Notes under the pieces: generated by a model
Databases searched by the model: none
Told to the model about the DNA's origin: nothing
The model's input: only the letters and a program-made list of their open reading frames with translations
Made by a program: the position numbers and the translations under genes
Part shown: in pieces, positions 18,730-27,384 of the stretch
How the letters are laid out: each line of letters opens with the position of its first letter
Position numbering within the stretch: the stretch's first letter is position 1
DNA from: an uncultured archaeon
Lineage (GTDB): Archaea; Asgardarchaeota; Jordiarchaeia; Jordiarchaeales; Jordiarchaeaceae
Assembly (NCBI GenBank): GCA_964510585.1
Contig: CAZECW010000082.1
Location: forward strand, 1 to 32,000
DNA length: 32,000 nt
Direction of reading: 5' to 3'

Positions 18730-18741
18730 AATGATTATCTC
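18725..18741. promoter_or_regulatory. Fur-box-like palindrome overlapping the fur1 start codon
   Basis: GACATAATGATTATCTC is a 17-bp inverted repeat with one mismatch. The minus strand reads GATAATCATTATG, 12/13 identical to the 3' part of the classical Fur box. Confidence 0.45.
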
Positions 18742-18902
18742 ACCCTTCCCATGAGTCCTAAGAATATTACACTTTAAATTAAATTTTAGTTAATATTCAT
18801 TACTATATTAAAGTAAACATATTTTTCAATTATAAAAAGCTTTGCCGATGATAAAACGTAAATTGTAGTGTTGGAGTTTCGTTTATCTACAGCAAAGAAA
18901 CA

Positions 18903-18919
18903 AAAAATTTAAATAATAC
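18903..18919 (+). promoter_or_regulatory. BRE/TATA-like promoter motif upstream of the peroxiredoxin gene
   Basis: AAAAA-TTTAAATA-ATAC, about 110 nt before the prx ATG; an identical 17-mer occurs at 20347-20363. Confidence 0.5.
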
Positions 18920-19026
18920 CTGTTCTTAATTAAAAACAAAAATTAATTAATATTTTTTATGATTTAATTCCCCTAAAAGCCTAAAGAACATAATTTAGAC
19001 TCAAACATGGAGGAGGCACAAAAATT

Positions 19027-19677
19027 ATGGAAAAAACAGCAGAAGAACAAACAACTTTTTTAGAAATAGGAAAACCAGCACCCGATTTTGAAGCAATAAC
19101 AACACACGGACCAATAAAACTATCTAATTATAGAGGCAAGTGGGTAATTCTATTCTCCCACCCCGCAGACTTCACACCCGTATGCACCACAGAATTCGTG
19201 GCATTCGCCAAAATATGGCCAGAACTACAAAAAAGAAACACCCAACTAATAGGATTAAGTATCGACAGTGTCTTTTCCCACATAGCCTGGGTGAGAAACA
19301 TTGAAGAGAAACAAAAGATAAAAATACCATTCCCAGTTATTGCAGACTTAGACATGAAGGTGGCAAAATTATACAACATGATTCATAAAGCCACAAGTGA
19401 AACATCAGCCGTAAGAACAGTATTCTACATTGATCCTGAAGGCATCCTAAGAGCTATGCTATATTACCCCCTAACTTCTGGAAGAAACATGGATGAAATT
19501 CTGAGACTTCTGGACTCCCTACAAACTGTGGACAGAGCCAAGGTAGCCACGCCAGCCAACTGGAGACCAGGCGATAAGGTCATTGTTCCACCGCCCAGAA
19601 CACAAGCTGAGGCCGAAAAAAGGCTAACTGAAGGATACGAGTGTATAGACTGGTACCTCTGCATGAAAAAATTATAA
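19027..19677 (+). CDS. Peroxiredoxin (Prx6/archaeal type)
   Basis: FSHPADFTPVCTTEF peroxidatic motif, GRNMDEILR, TPANW and C-terminal CIDWYLC; RBS GGAGGAGG. Confidence 0.96.
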   Translation: MEKTAEEQTTFLEIGKPAPDFEAITTHGPIKLSNYRGKWVILFSHPADFTPVCTTEFVAFAKIWPELQKRNTQLIGLSIDSVFSHIAWVRNIEEKQKIKIPFPVIADLDMKVAKLYNMIHKATSETSAVRTVFYIDPEGILRAMLYYPLTSGRNMDEILRLLDSLQTVDRAKVATPANWRPGDKVIVPPPRTQAEAEKRLTEGYECIDWYLCMKKL

Positions 19678-19755
19678 GCCAAAACAGGACAAAAACCATA
19701 CCTTTTTTTATTTTTATAAATGTTATATTTATTAATATTGAACGTTTGGCTAAAC

Positions 19756-20190
19756 CTATTCAGAAGTTTTCTTCTTTTTACATTCCGGGCAGTATCCGAA
19801 GTAGTCATGACTCCGGCTCACTATCTCATATTTAGACTTATCCCTTAATTCGTCATCCAATTCCTTAATTTTTTCTAGGTAGATGTCTTCGACCCTTCCA
19901 CACTCCAAACAGTGAATGTTAACGTGGGGGGTCATGTTTGTTTCGTATCTAATTTTTCCATCCACTACACTAATTTCTTGGATTTCGCCCATTCCTCGCA
20001 ATAGTTCTATTGTTTTGTAGACGGTAGCGGGGCTTACTGTAGGATAGTCCTTTTTCACTAGTTGGTAAATTTCCTCAGCAGTGGGGTGTTTACTACTTTT
20101 AATTACTCTAAATAGCTCAATCCTTTGTGGTGTGACCTTGTGCCCCTTCTTTCTCAGAACTTCAATGAATTTTTCTATGCTGTCGTCCAT
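19756..20190 (-). CDS. Fur-family transcriptional regulator (PerR-like), copy 2
   Basis: VTPQR, HPTAEEIY, VSPATVYKT, H-x-N-x-HCLEC and GYCPEC. Confidence 0.93.
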   Translation of the reverse strand: MDDSIEKFIEVLRKKGHKVTPQRIELFRVIKSSKHPTAEEIYQLVKKDYPTVSPATVYKTIELLRGMGEIQEISVVDGKIRYETNMTPHVNIHCLECGRVEDIYLEKIKELDDELRDKSKYEIVSRSHDYFGYCPECKKKKTSE

Positions 20191-20346
20191 GGTCTTTTAC
20201 CGGCTGCTAAAATTGATAAGTTCCTATTTTAAAAGTTTAATTTCTATTAAACTGTTATAAGATTCTGAATTTAAGGTTTTGGATGCCATTCATAAAATAA
20301 ATACAGTGGATTAGAAGGGATCGGAGCGTTATGTTATAAGGGGAGG

Positions 20347-20363
20347 AAAAATTTAAATAATAC
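20347..20363 (+). promoter_or_regulatory. Second copy of the prx promoter-like 17-mer with no downstream CDS
   Basis: AAAAATTTAAATAATAC, identical to 18903-18919. Confidence 0.4.
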
Positions 20364-20559
20364 TGATTATTGAAAAATATTAGAAATTTATTCGTAACAA
20401 AAATTATTAAAACATAAATCCACAAAAAGATATCCAAGAAAAACACGCCGAAAATAAGCTTCTCACAAAAGGGGAAGTCACGAAAAGCCTGGTCCAACTA
20501 GAGTTCGAAGGAAGGCATAGTTGTTCCAAACTTTTCAGAACGGGAGGAGCCTTTCCCAC

Positions 20560-20615
20560 GACGAGCGTGTGCATCTGTAGACCACCCATGGGGAAGCCCC
20601 AAGCACACGCTCGTC
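20560..20615. repeat. Perfect 13-bp GC-rich inverted repeat with an internal hairpin
   Basis: GACGAGCGTGTGC (20560-20572) / GCACACGCTCGTC (20603-20615), enclosing TGGGG-AAG-CCCCA; 5 nt downstream of the ligase stop. Confidence 0.8.
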
Positions 20616-20620
20616 AATAC

Positions 20621-22309
20621 TCATAACGTTTTTGATTTGGCTTTGAACTGGTTCTCGTAGAGCCGTTTCACCTTCTCCATGGTATCTATATCCTCCACAT
20701 TCTTATCCTCTCTTATTCTTTTTATCCTTGCAAATCTGAGAGCGTAGCCGGACTCGTACTTTGGAGATTTCTGTATTTCTTCGAAAATTGTTTCCACAAC
20801 TATTTCGGGTTTTACCCTAACTGTCCTTCCATACTCTATGGTCTTTAGCTTTAATAGTTTCTCCGTGATTTCTTCAAATTCTTCGTCTGTGAGTCCTTTG
20901 AAAGTTTTACCTATTATTTGAAGTTCTCCCGTTTCTTCGTTTCTTGCTGCGAGATAGTAATCGCTGAGCCAATTCACTCTTCGCCCATATCCCCAGTCCG
21001 CCCCCACAATCACCAAATCGAGGGCTTCGGTTTCTTTTATTTTTAGCCACTTTTTTCCTCTTCTTCCCGGAGTATATGTGCTCTCAATTTTTTTAGCCAT
21101 CAGTCCCTCGTGGCCCTTGTTTTTAGCCTCTTCAAAAAATTCCTGAGCCTTATCAACATCACAGGTTATCAATTGGGGAACAAGCTCTATCTCACCCGCT
21201 ACTTGGGAAAGCGCCTTTCTCCTCTCGCTGTAGGGAAGGTCTATTAACAGTTTACCGTCTAGGTAAATTATGTCAAAAAGGTAGAGCTTCACTGGAATTT
21301 CTCTAACCATTTCTTCTATTCCCTTAACTCTGCGAAACCTCTTCATAAGATTTTGAAAAGTGAGTGGACGGGCATCCTTGCCTACTGCTACCGCTTCCCC
21401 TTCTATTATAGCCTCACCAGGCTGAATGTTGTTTCTAACCTGCTCCACCACGTCTGGCAAACTGGTGGTTACTTCAGTCAGCCTTCTACTAAAAATTTTA
21501 ACCTCTCCCCCACGGATGTGTATCTGAAGCCGAGCACCATCCAGCTTGTATTCCAGACTAGTTATTCCTCCATGCTCTCTTAGAGCCTCAGCTACACTCT
21601 CTACAGCTTGGGCGAGCATAGGCTTTATGGGGTGAAAAGGCGTGGGTTTAACATCATCTAGAGCTTGAGGCCCTCCCCGCATTGCTTTTTCCGCCACCTC
21701 TCCCAAATCTCCCATAAGCATGTAAGCCCTCTTTATCATTTCCAAGGGTGCTCCTGAAGCCTTCGCCACAGCCTCCTCCATTAAACCCGAGGAAGCACCA
21801 TGCCTCATCTCACCTATCAGGTTTTTTACAATATACTTTGCTTCCAAAGGTTCTGATCTGCTCAGCAGACTGAGAACAAGGTTTTCCTTCTTCTTTTTTG
21901 AACCACTTCCTTTAGCTTCGGAGATGGATTGAAAACTTCTATAAACTTCAAGTATTGTGAGAGGCTTCGGCAACAATGTTGCCTGCTTTGACACATCTTT
22001 TCTCAACATCAAAATTTTAGCCATGTCACCAAGATCACCCTTCTCGCTGAATGCACTCAGCATCTCTTCGTCTGAAGCCTTGGTAATGCTTCTTATCACC
22101 TTTTGAATAGTCCTCCAAGACACATCCAAAGTCTGACCACTCCACTCGGGAAAAGCTTCACCCACAATCATCCTAATTGAGGGAGCAACCTCCTCTATTG
22201 ACAATTTTTTTAGGAACTGAGCCACCAGATCCACGATTACAAGCCTCTTGGTTGTTGATTCAATTCCCTCACATAGCTCAGCCAAATACCTGTAAAGTGT
22301 CTCACCCAA
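20621..22309 (-). CDS. lig: ATP-dependent DNA ligase, archaeal type
   Basis: Motif I EYKLDGAR, EGEAV, FDIIY, EGLMAK, WLKIK, DLVIVGA and motif VI RFARIKRIREDK. Start TTG 22309 gives 562 aa; the longer N-terminus in the ORF track is low-complexity intergenic DNA. Confidence 0.95.
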   Translation of the reverse strand: MGETLYRYLAELCEGIESTTKRLVIVDLVAQFLKKLSIEEVAPSIRMIVGEAFPEWSGQTLDVSWRTIQKVIRSITKASDEEMLSAFSEKGDLGDMAKILMLRKDVSKQATLLPKPLTILEVYRSFQSISEAKGSGSKKKKENLVLSLLSRSEPLEAKYIVKNLIGEMRHGASSGLMEEAVAKASGAPLEMIKRAYMLMGDLGEVAEKAMRGGPQALDDVKPTPFHPIKPMLAQAVESVAEALREHGGITSLEYKLDGARLQIHIRGGEVKIFSRRLTEVTTSLPDVVEQVRNNIQPGEAIIEGEAVAVGKDARPLTFQNLMKRFRRVKGIEEMVREIPVKLYLFDIIYLDGKLLIDLPYSERRKALSQVAGEIELVPQLITCDVDKAQEFFEEAKNKGHEGLMAKKIESTYTPGRRGKKWLKIKETEALDLVIVGADWGYGRRVNWLSDYYLAARNEETGELQIIGKTFKGLTDEEFEEITEKLLKLKTIEYGRTVRVKPEIVVETIFEEIQKSPKYESGYALRFARIKRIREDKNVEDIDTMEKVKRLYENQFKAKSKTL

Positions 22310-22406
22310 ATTACCAGTACCCCCAACAGGAATCAAATTATCCTCCAAAGTTGGATAGCAAATATAAAAACTATAAGTTTTTCTAAAGAAATCCAAAAAA
22401 AAGCCT

Positions 22407-22451
22407 AAAAAAATAATAAAAAAATAATTAAAAAAATAATTAAAAATAATT
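22407..22451 (-). terminator. Four-copy (A)nTAAT(T) repeat forming oligo-T tracts after the osmC-like gene; probable archaeal terminator
   Basis: AAAAAAATAAT/AAAAAAATAATT/AAAAAAATAATT/AAAAATAATT directly downstream of the stop on the minus strand. Confidence 0.5.
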
Positions 22452-22463
22452 ACTGAAAACAAG

Positions 22464-22889
22464 TCAGGTCTTTACTTCCACGTTTACCGGAATTCCCCTA
22501 GACACCGATTCGGTGACAGTGCAGTAATTTCTGAAGATTGCTATGCAACGCTCCTTTTTCTTTGCGGATTCCTCATCTTTAAACTTGGGATTCAAAATTA
22601 CGTCCATGCCTGTAACTCTTAAATATCCTTCCACACGCGAAATCTGGGCCCTGACCACACTAGTTAGCTCAACTAATTCGGCTTTCGCTTTGGATGCACA
22701 AAAAGTGAAAGATGAGGAAAGACAAGCTCCTACCGCTGCTGCGAGCAAATCATCCGGAGCTGGACCTTCATCATCACCCTGCGTCTCTGATGAGGCATCG
22801 ACCACCAAGTTGTGCCTCCCACGTATCTGGACTTCATATTTCAGTTTGCCCTTCCATTTAAGCTCAATATCTATACTCGTTTTCACCAT
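22464..22889 (-). CDS. OsmC/Ohr-family protein
   Basis: GPAPDDLLAAAVGAC and YCTVTESV carry the two conserved Cys; start at MVKTS (22889) or MIGMVK (22898). Confidence 0.85.
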   Translation of the reverse strand: MVKTSIDIELKWKGKLKYEVQIRGRHNLVVDASSETQGDDEGPAPDDLLAAAVGACLSSSFTFCASKAKAELVELTSVVRAQISRVEGYLRVTGMDVILNPKFKDEESAKKKERCIAIFRNYCTVTESVSRGIPVNVEVKT

Positions 22890-23169
22890 GCCAATCATAT
22901 CCCATTTTTCCAAGGAAAATAAAATTATGAACAAAACCAAGCATTTATGGTAACTTTCAAGCATCTTTATATAAATGTACTTCAAAAAGGTTCCAAATAT
23001 CTATTTTCTAATTATTTTTGCTTTCAAAGGGGTTTAGTGTGTAGTATTTTTGGGCTTGTAAATGAGCATTGTTTTTGACATTTTTTTGGGCCAGCTCGGA
23101 AAAAACAAAATGTATAAATAGTATCAAATATATATTTTCTATAAACTGCTTATATAGAGAGGTTTTCTT

Positions 23170-24195
23170 ATGTGGAGGAGAAACATTGAAACGATGCCAA
23201 GGAAGGAACTCGAAAAACTGCAAGAAGACAGCCTCAAAAGACAGCTCAAATACGTGTACGACAACACAAGGTTCTACAATAAAAAGTTCAAAGAAGCAGG
23301 AGTAAAACCCGAAGACTTCAAAAGCCTAAAGGATCTAGAAAGGTTTCCCCTAACCACAAAACAGGACATAAAAAAAGAGGTCACACTTGATGACCCCTTC
23401 GGCGGAAGATGCGCCATTCCCAGAGACAAAATTTGGGGCATAACCCCACCCCCCGAACCGGAGATTGAGGAGCCACCCATTATGTCCATATCAACAGAGT
23501 ATGAAAGAGAAGTACTTGTCGACCATCTCACCAGACATCTGGTGATGATTGGATTTTCAAGTGGCGACATTTTAGAACTACAAGCCTCCCAATGGGAAAG
23601 CATAGCTAGTCTCATTGAGGGACACTTCCGGGTGAGGAGAACAGTGCAGAGTCTGATTCCCTTCACCTCGATTCCCATTGAAAACACCCTCTTTCTCTTA
23701 GATGCTCCAAGGGCAACCTACCTAACAAAGTTCTTCAAACCCGATGTAATAATTACCACAGTAGATTATGCAAAATTAATGACCCAAGAACTGGAGAAGG
23801 AAAAAGGCGATCCTAAAACAGCCTTTAGACCCAAAATTGTCGTTCATAGATTCCGCCCTGGCAGCCCGCTTCTGGATGAGAAAACTAGAGAGGAGTTCAA
23901 GAAAACATGGGGTGGAACACATCTTAGCATGATTGATTTGGGATACGGTGGCTTCTACGCTATGGAATGTCTACAGTGTAATGGGCACCACGCCTGGGAG
24001 GATGGCTTTGTTGTCGAAACAGTAGACCCCAACACGGGACAACCAGTAGGCCCCGGAGAGAAAGGAATGCTTGTATTCACAAACCTTTACGCAGAGGGAA
24101 CACCACTGGTAAGATTTGTGACAGGGCATAACGCTAGGCTGGACACCGAACCTTGTGGCTGCGGAAGAACCCATGTTAGAATATTTCTTGAATAA
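23170..24195 (+). CDS. Degenerate phenylacetate-CoA ligase (PaaK)-like protein
   Basis: IETMPRKEL, YVYDNTRFY, FPLTTKQD, HAWEDGFVVE and CGCGRTHVR are PaaK-like. The P-loop and the C-terminal subdomain are absent. Confidence 0.8.
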   Translation: MWRRNIETMPRKELEKLQEDSLKRQLKYVYDNTRFYNKKFKEAGVKPEDFKSLKDLERFPLTTKQDIKKEVTLDDPFGGRCAIPRDKIWGITPPPEPEIEEPPIMSISTEYEREVLVDHLTRHLVMIGFSSGDILELQASQWESIASLIEGHFRVRRTVQSLIPFTSIPIENTLFLLDAPRATYLTKFFKPDVIITTVDYAKLMTQELEKEKGDPKTAFRPKIVVHRFRPGSPLLDEKTREEFKKTWGGTHLSMIDLGYGGFYAMECLQCNGHHAWEDGFVVETVDPNTGQPVGPGEKGMLVFTNLYAEGTPLVRFVTGHNARLDTEPCGCGRTHVRIFLE

Positions 24196-24224
24196 ATAAA
24201 AATTGAATTTTGGAGGGAGACTCA

Positions 24225-25580
24225 TTGGTTGAAAGTGAGCTTGATAAGTTTTGGAATAAGAAAATTGAAACCATGCCGAGAGAGGAAATAGAAGAACTTC
24301 AACTAAAGAAGATAAAGGCTGAAATCAACTATGCCTATCATAACACTCCATTTTACAAGAAGAGCTTCAAAGAAGCAGGAGTAACACCAGAAGACATAAA
24401 AACAATAAGCGACTTTGACACCAAAGTCCCAATTCTTTATAAAGACGATTTGAGAGCGGAGAGAAGCCGAACAGGAGACCCCTTCGGAGGCCTCCTAAGT
24501 GTACCCTTAAACGAGAGGGTAAAAGTGATAAATGCCTCTACGGGAACCACAGGAGTTCCAAGCGTTTTTGCCTACACAAATGATGACTGGATGATGGCTG
24601 CAGAGCAGGAAACAAGACTAAAATGGATGAGAGGATGGCGACCAAAAGACATAGTCTTCGCCACAGGCATAAGATGGCACGGATACGTAGTGATTTCCGC
24701 AACCGGACTAGACATAGTTAATATCACCGGAATAAGCGACTGCATGTATCCCCTGCCCCACATTGCAAAAAGACACGTAATAGAAATGAAATACATGAAG
24801 CCACAAATATTCGCCGGCCCCATGCTAACCATGTCCGCAATATTTGAAGCCGCCAAAAAAATGGGAGAAGACATAAAGAAACTCTTCTCAAGCGTCAGAC
24901 TCATCGATACGGGCTACGGAGAAATTGTCACTAAGACTGTTAAGAGGAGAATTGAGGCGGAGACTGGTGTTCCGCCAGAGAGAATTTTTGACTTTGGGGG
25001 TGTGGCGGATCCACTGTGGTATTTTGGGGATTGCGAGGAGCATGAGGGTAATCATCAGTGTGATGATTTATTCTACACTAAAGCTTTTGATCTGGAGACT
25101 CATGAACCGTTGGCCAGTGGTGAGAGGGGTGAGATTGTGGTTACTAATCTTTTTGCTGAAGCCACGCCCATGTTGAAGTGGGGAACTGAAGATACGGGCG
25201 CCGTGTTTACTGAGAAGTGTGGTTGCGGAAGAACTCACGTTAGATCTATCATACTGGGTAGAGAGGCTTTTGCTGCTAACATTAAGGGTATGAGGGTTTT
25301 CCCAGCGGATATAGAGAACATTTTGGGGGATATACCGGGGTTTACTGAGTGGTTCACTATGCTCAAATATTCTAAGGGCCCCATGGACACCTTGAAGTTG
25401 AAGATGGCCACCGATAAGGATAAGGTTAAGGATCCTGAGGAGTACAAGAGAGAGGTTAAGAGGAGGCTTAAAGAGAAGCTGGATGTGGAATCAGAAATTG
25501 AGATTGTCGAATCAGTATCTGACTTGCCTTTCGTGGGCCATAAAGTCGTGAAGCTATTGGATATGACAAAACAGGCATAA
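24225..25580 (+). CDS. Phenylacetate-CoA ligase (PaaK)-family protein
   Basis: IETMPREEI, P-loop ASTGTTGVP, GEIVVTNL, TED, CGCGRTHVR, GMRVFP and a C-terminal Lys (GHKVVK). RBS GGAGGG favours TTG 24225. Confidence 0.88.
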   Translation: MVESELDKFWNKKIETMPREEIEELQLKKIKAEINYAYHNTPFYKKSFKEAGVTPEDIKTISDFDTKVPILYKDDLRAERSRTGDPFGGLLSVPLNERVKVINASTGTTGVPSVFAYTNDDWMMAAEQETRLKWMRGWRPKDIVFATGIRWHGYVVISATGLDIVNITGISDCMYPLPHIAKRHVIEMKYMKPQIFAGPMLTMSAIFEAAKKMGEDIKKLFSSVRLIDTGYGEIVTKTVKRRIEAETGVPPERIFDFGGVADPLWYFGDCEEHEGNHQCDDLFYTKAFDLETHEPLASGERGEIVVTNLFAEATPMLKWGTEDTGAVFTEKCGCGRTHVRSIILGREAFAANIKGMRVFPADIENILGDIPGFTEWFTMLKYSKGPMDTLKLKMATDKDKVKDPEEYKREVKRRLKEKLDVESEIEIVESVSDLPFVGHKVVKLLDMTKQA

Positions 25581-25654
25581 CCATTCCTCCCCCTTTTTTA
25601 AATAGTTTTTTGTATTCTTCATATTTGTTTTATTTTTTTTATTTTTGAGAGTAG

Positions 25655-25788
25655 CTTGACAATGTTAAATTTGGTCGTTTACCCCCTTCAAGCATTAATG
25701 AAGCAGTAAAAAATCCACCTTCTCTAAAGCATTAGACAAAAAAATCAAGGGAAAATGTAGCACCGAAAACAAATTTAACATTGTCAAG
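25655..25788. mobile_element. Miniature inverted-repeat transposable element (MITE), 134 bp
   Basis: Perfect 19-bp terminal inverted repeats CTTGACAATGTTAAATTTG (25655-25673) / CAAATTTAACATTGTCAAG (25770-25788), flanked by a GTAG direct repeat (25651-25654, 25789-25792); no internal ORF. Confidence 0.8.
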
Positions 25789-25868
25789 GTAGCATTTAAG
25801 GAAAAAAACAAAAATGAAAAAGTTGAGAAGGTAGGAGAATATTTGGCTAATAGGATAGATTTTTGTTT

Positions 25869-27050
25869 TTACTTTATTTTTTGTGCTAGTTGTTTTCCGA
25901 ATTCATAGCATTCTTTTAGTTGTTCTTCTTTGGGCACCCATTTTGATCTGGGTCCGGGTTCTACTACTTCGAATTTCATTTCTTGGAGGACTGGGATGAT
26001 GTTTTTGTATGCTCCGCCTCCCCATCCGTAGGATTCGAAGGCTGCTGCTATTTTTTTTCCTGGTGGTCTGAGTCCTTTTATGAATTCTAGTATTCCTCTT
26101 ATTGCGGGCATCATGGTCATGTTTAGGGTTGCGGATCCTATTAGGATGATTTTGGACAGCATGACGTCCCTGATTATGAGTCCCCAGTCTGAGAAGCGTA
26201 CTGGGTACATTGTTGTTTGTACTCCGTTGTCCATTAGTCCTCGGCTTATTTCTCTGGCCATCATGTCGGTGCTTCCCCACATGGTGTCGAATATTATTAC
26301 TGCTCTGTTTTCGGCTTCGCCGCTGGCCCATTTGGCGTAGGCGTTTATTATTCTCTCGGGTTTCTTGTTCCAGATTAATCCGTGAGCTGGGCATATCATG
26401 TCTATGGGGACTTTTAGGTTTTTTACTTCCTCCAGTTTTTTGAGGACTAGTTGGGAGTAGGGCAGGACTATTTGGGCGTAGTATCTGGCCGCGTGGTCCA
26501 TTACTATTTGTTCTCCCAAGTCGTCCACGAATCTTTCAGGTGATGCTATGTGTTGTCCGAAGGGATCGTTGGAGAATAGTATGTGGTTTTCTTTAAGGTA
26601 GGTCATCATGTTGTCTGGCCAGTGCAACATTTGGGCTTCAATGAAGACTAGGTTCCTCTCCCCAATGTTTAGTGTGTCGCCTGTTTTTACTATTTTTAAT
26701 GGTCGGTCTATTTTATAGTAGCCTGTGAGTGAGTCTTCGGCTCTCTTGGAGCAGATTATTTCCGCCTTAGGTGCAAGTTTAAGCATGTCTTCTATGTTTC
26801 CAGCGTGGTCTGGTTCTGCATGGTTCACGACCAAATAGTTGATGTCTTTTGGGTCGACTATTTCTCTCACTCTTTTTATCATTTCAAGGCTGTGCGTGTG
26901 CTTTACGCCATCAACTAGGGCAATTTTTTTGTCAACAATTAGATATGCGTTGTAAGTGGTACCGAGTGGTGTTTGATAGGAACCGCAGTATCGTAGGTTC
27001 CAGTCTATGGCACCTACCCAGTACACCCCTTCTGCCAATTTAACGCTCAA
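25869..27050 (-). CDS. fprA: Flavodiiron protein (A-type flavoprotein, FprA)
   Basis: GTTYNAYL, HAEPDH, MLHWPD, FSNDPFGQH and PAHG diiron ligands; flavodoxin domain DTMWGST, GSATLN and FESYGWGGGA. Confidence 0.94.
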   Translation of the reverse strand: MSVKLAEGVYWVGAIDWNLRYCGSYQTPLGTTYNAYLIVDKKIALVDGVKHTHSLEMIKRVREIVDPKDINYLVVNHAEPDHAGNIEDMLKLAPKAEIICSKRAEDSLTGYYKIDRPLKIVKTGDTLNIGERNLVFIEAQMLHWPDNMMTYLKENHILFSNDPFGQHIASPERFVDDLGEQIVMDHAARYYAQIVLPYSQLVLKKLEEVKNLKVPIDMICPAHGLIWNKKPERIINAYAKWASGEAENRAVIIFDTMWGSTDMMAREISRGLMDNGVQTTMYPVRFSDWGLIIRDVMLSKIILIGSATLNMTMMPAIRGILEFIKGLRPPGKKIAAAFESYGWGGGAYKNIIPVLQEMKFEVVEPGPRSKWVPKEEQLKECYEFGKQLAQKIK

Positions 27051-27384
27051 AACATTACACCCCTAAAAATTTCCAGAAATTTAATCTGGTATACTGTAAA
27101 ATATGGAGGTATTATATTTAAACAGTTCGAGCCAAAAATTCCAGAAAAAAAGAAAGATTTGAGAACGTGAGCTGCAGATGTCTGGGCTTTTTTTGGTGTC
27201 TGGAGCCCTAATTAGACAGGTGGGGAATAAGTGTTAGGGCTACTCAACCAGATGTCACATTAAAGAATTTTTTTATTCCTTATGCGTCTCCTTCAAAACA
27301 TGCATTTTACGGCAATATGTTTGATGTGAAATTTTTAGTCCAAAAAGAATAAATTATCTTTTTTTAGAGTTTACTTAGAATGGT

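Noticed and set aside
20560-20623. SECIS element recoding the lig UGA
   Set aside because: No AUGA/GA kink-turn core or archaeal GAA/A motif, the ligase is complete at the UGA, and no in-frame UGA selenoprotein is seen nearby.
20411-20626. Open plus-strand frame of about 70 codons downstream of the duplicated promoter
   Set aside because: No ATG/GTG/TTG until the last part of the frame, and no motif.
22407-22451. CRISPR-like or contingency repeat
   Set aside because: Low-complexity 10-12-nt units without spacers; better explained as terminator T-tracts. No CRISPR array was seen anywhere in the window.
22310-22462. Hydrophobic N-terminal extension of DNA ligase in the ORF track
   Set aside because: It is a translation of the AT-rich terminator repeat; the 562-aa product matches normal archaeal ligase length.
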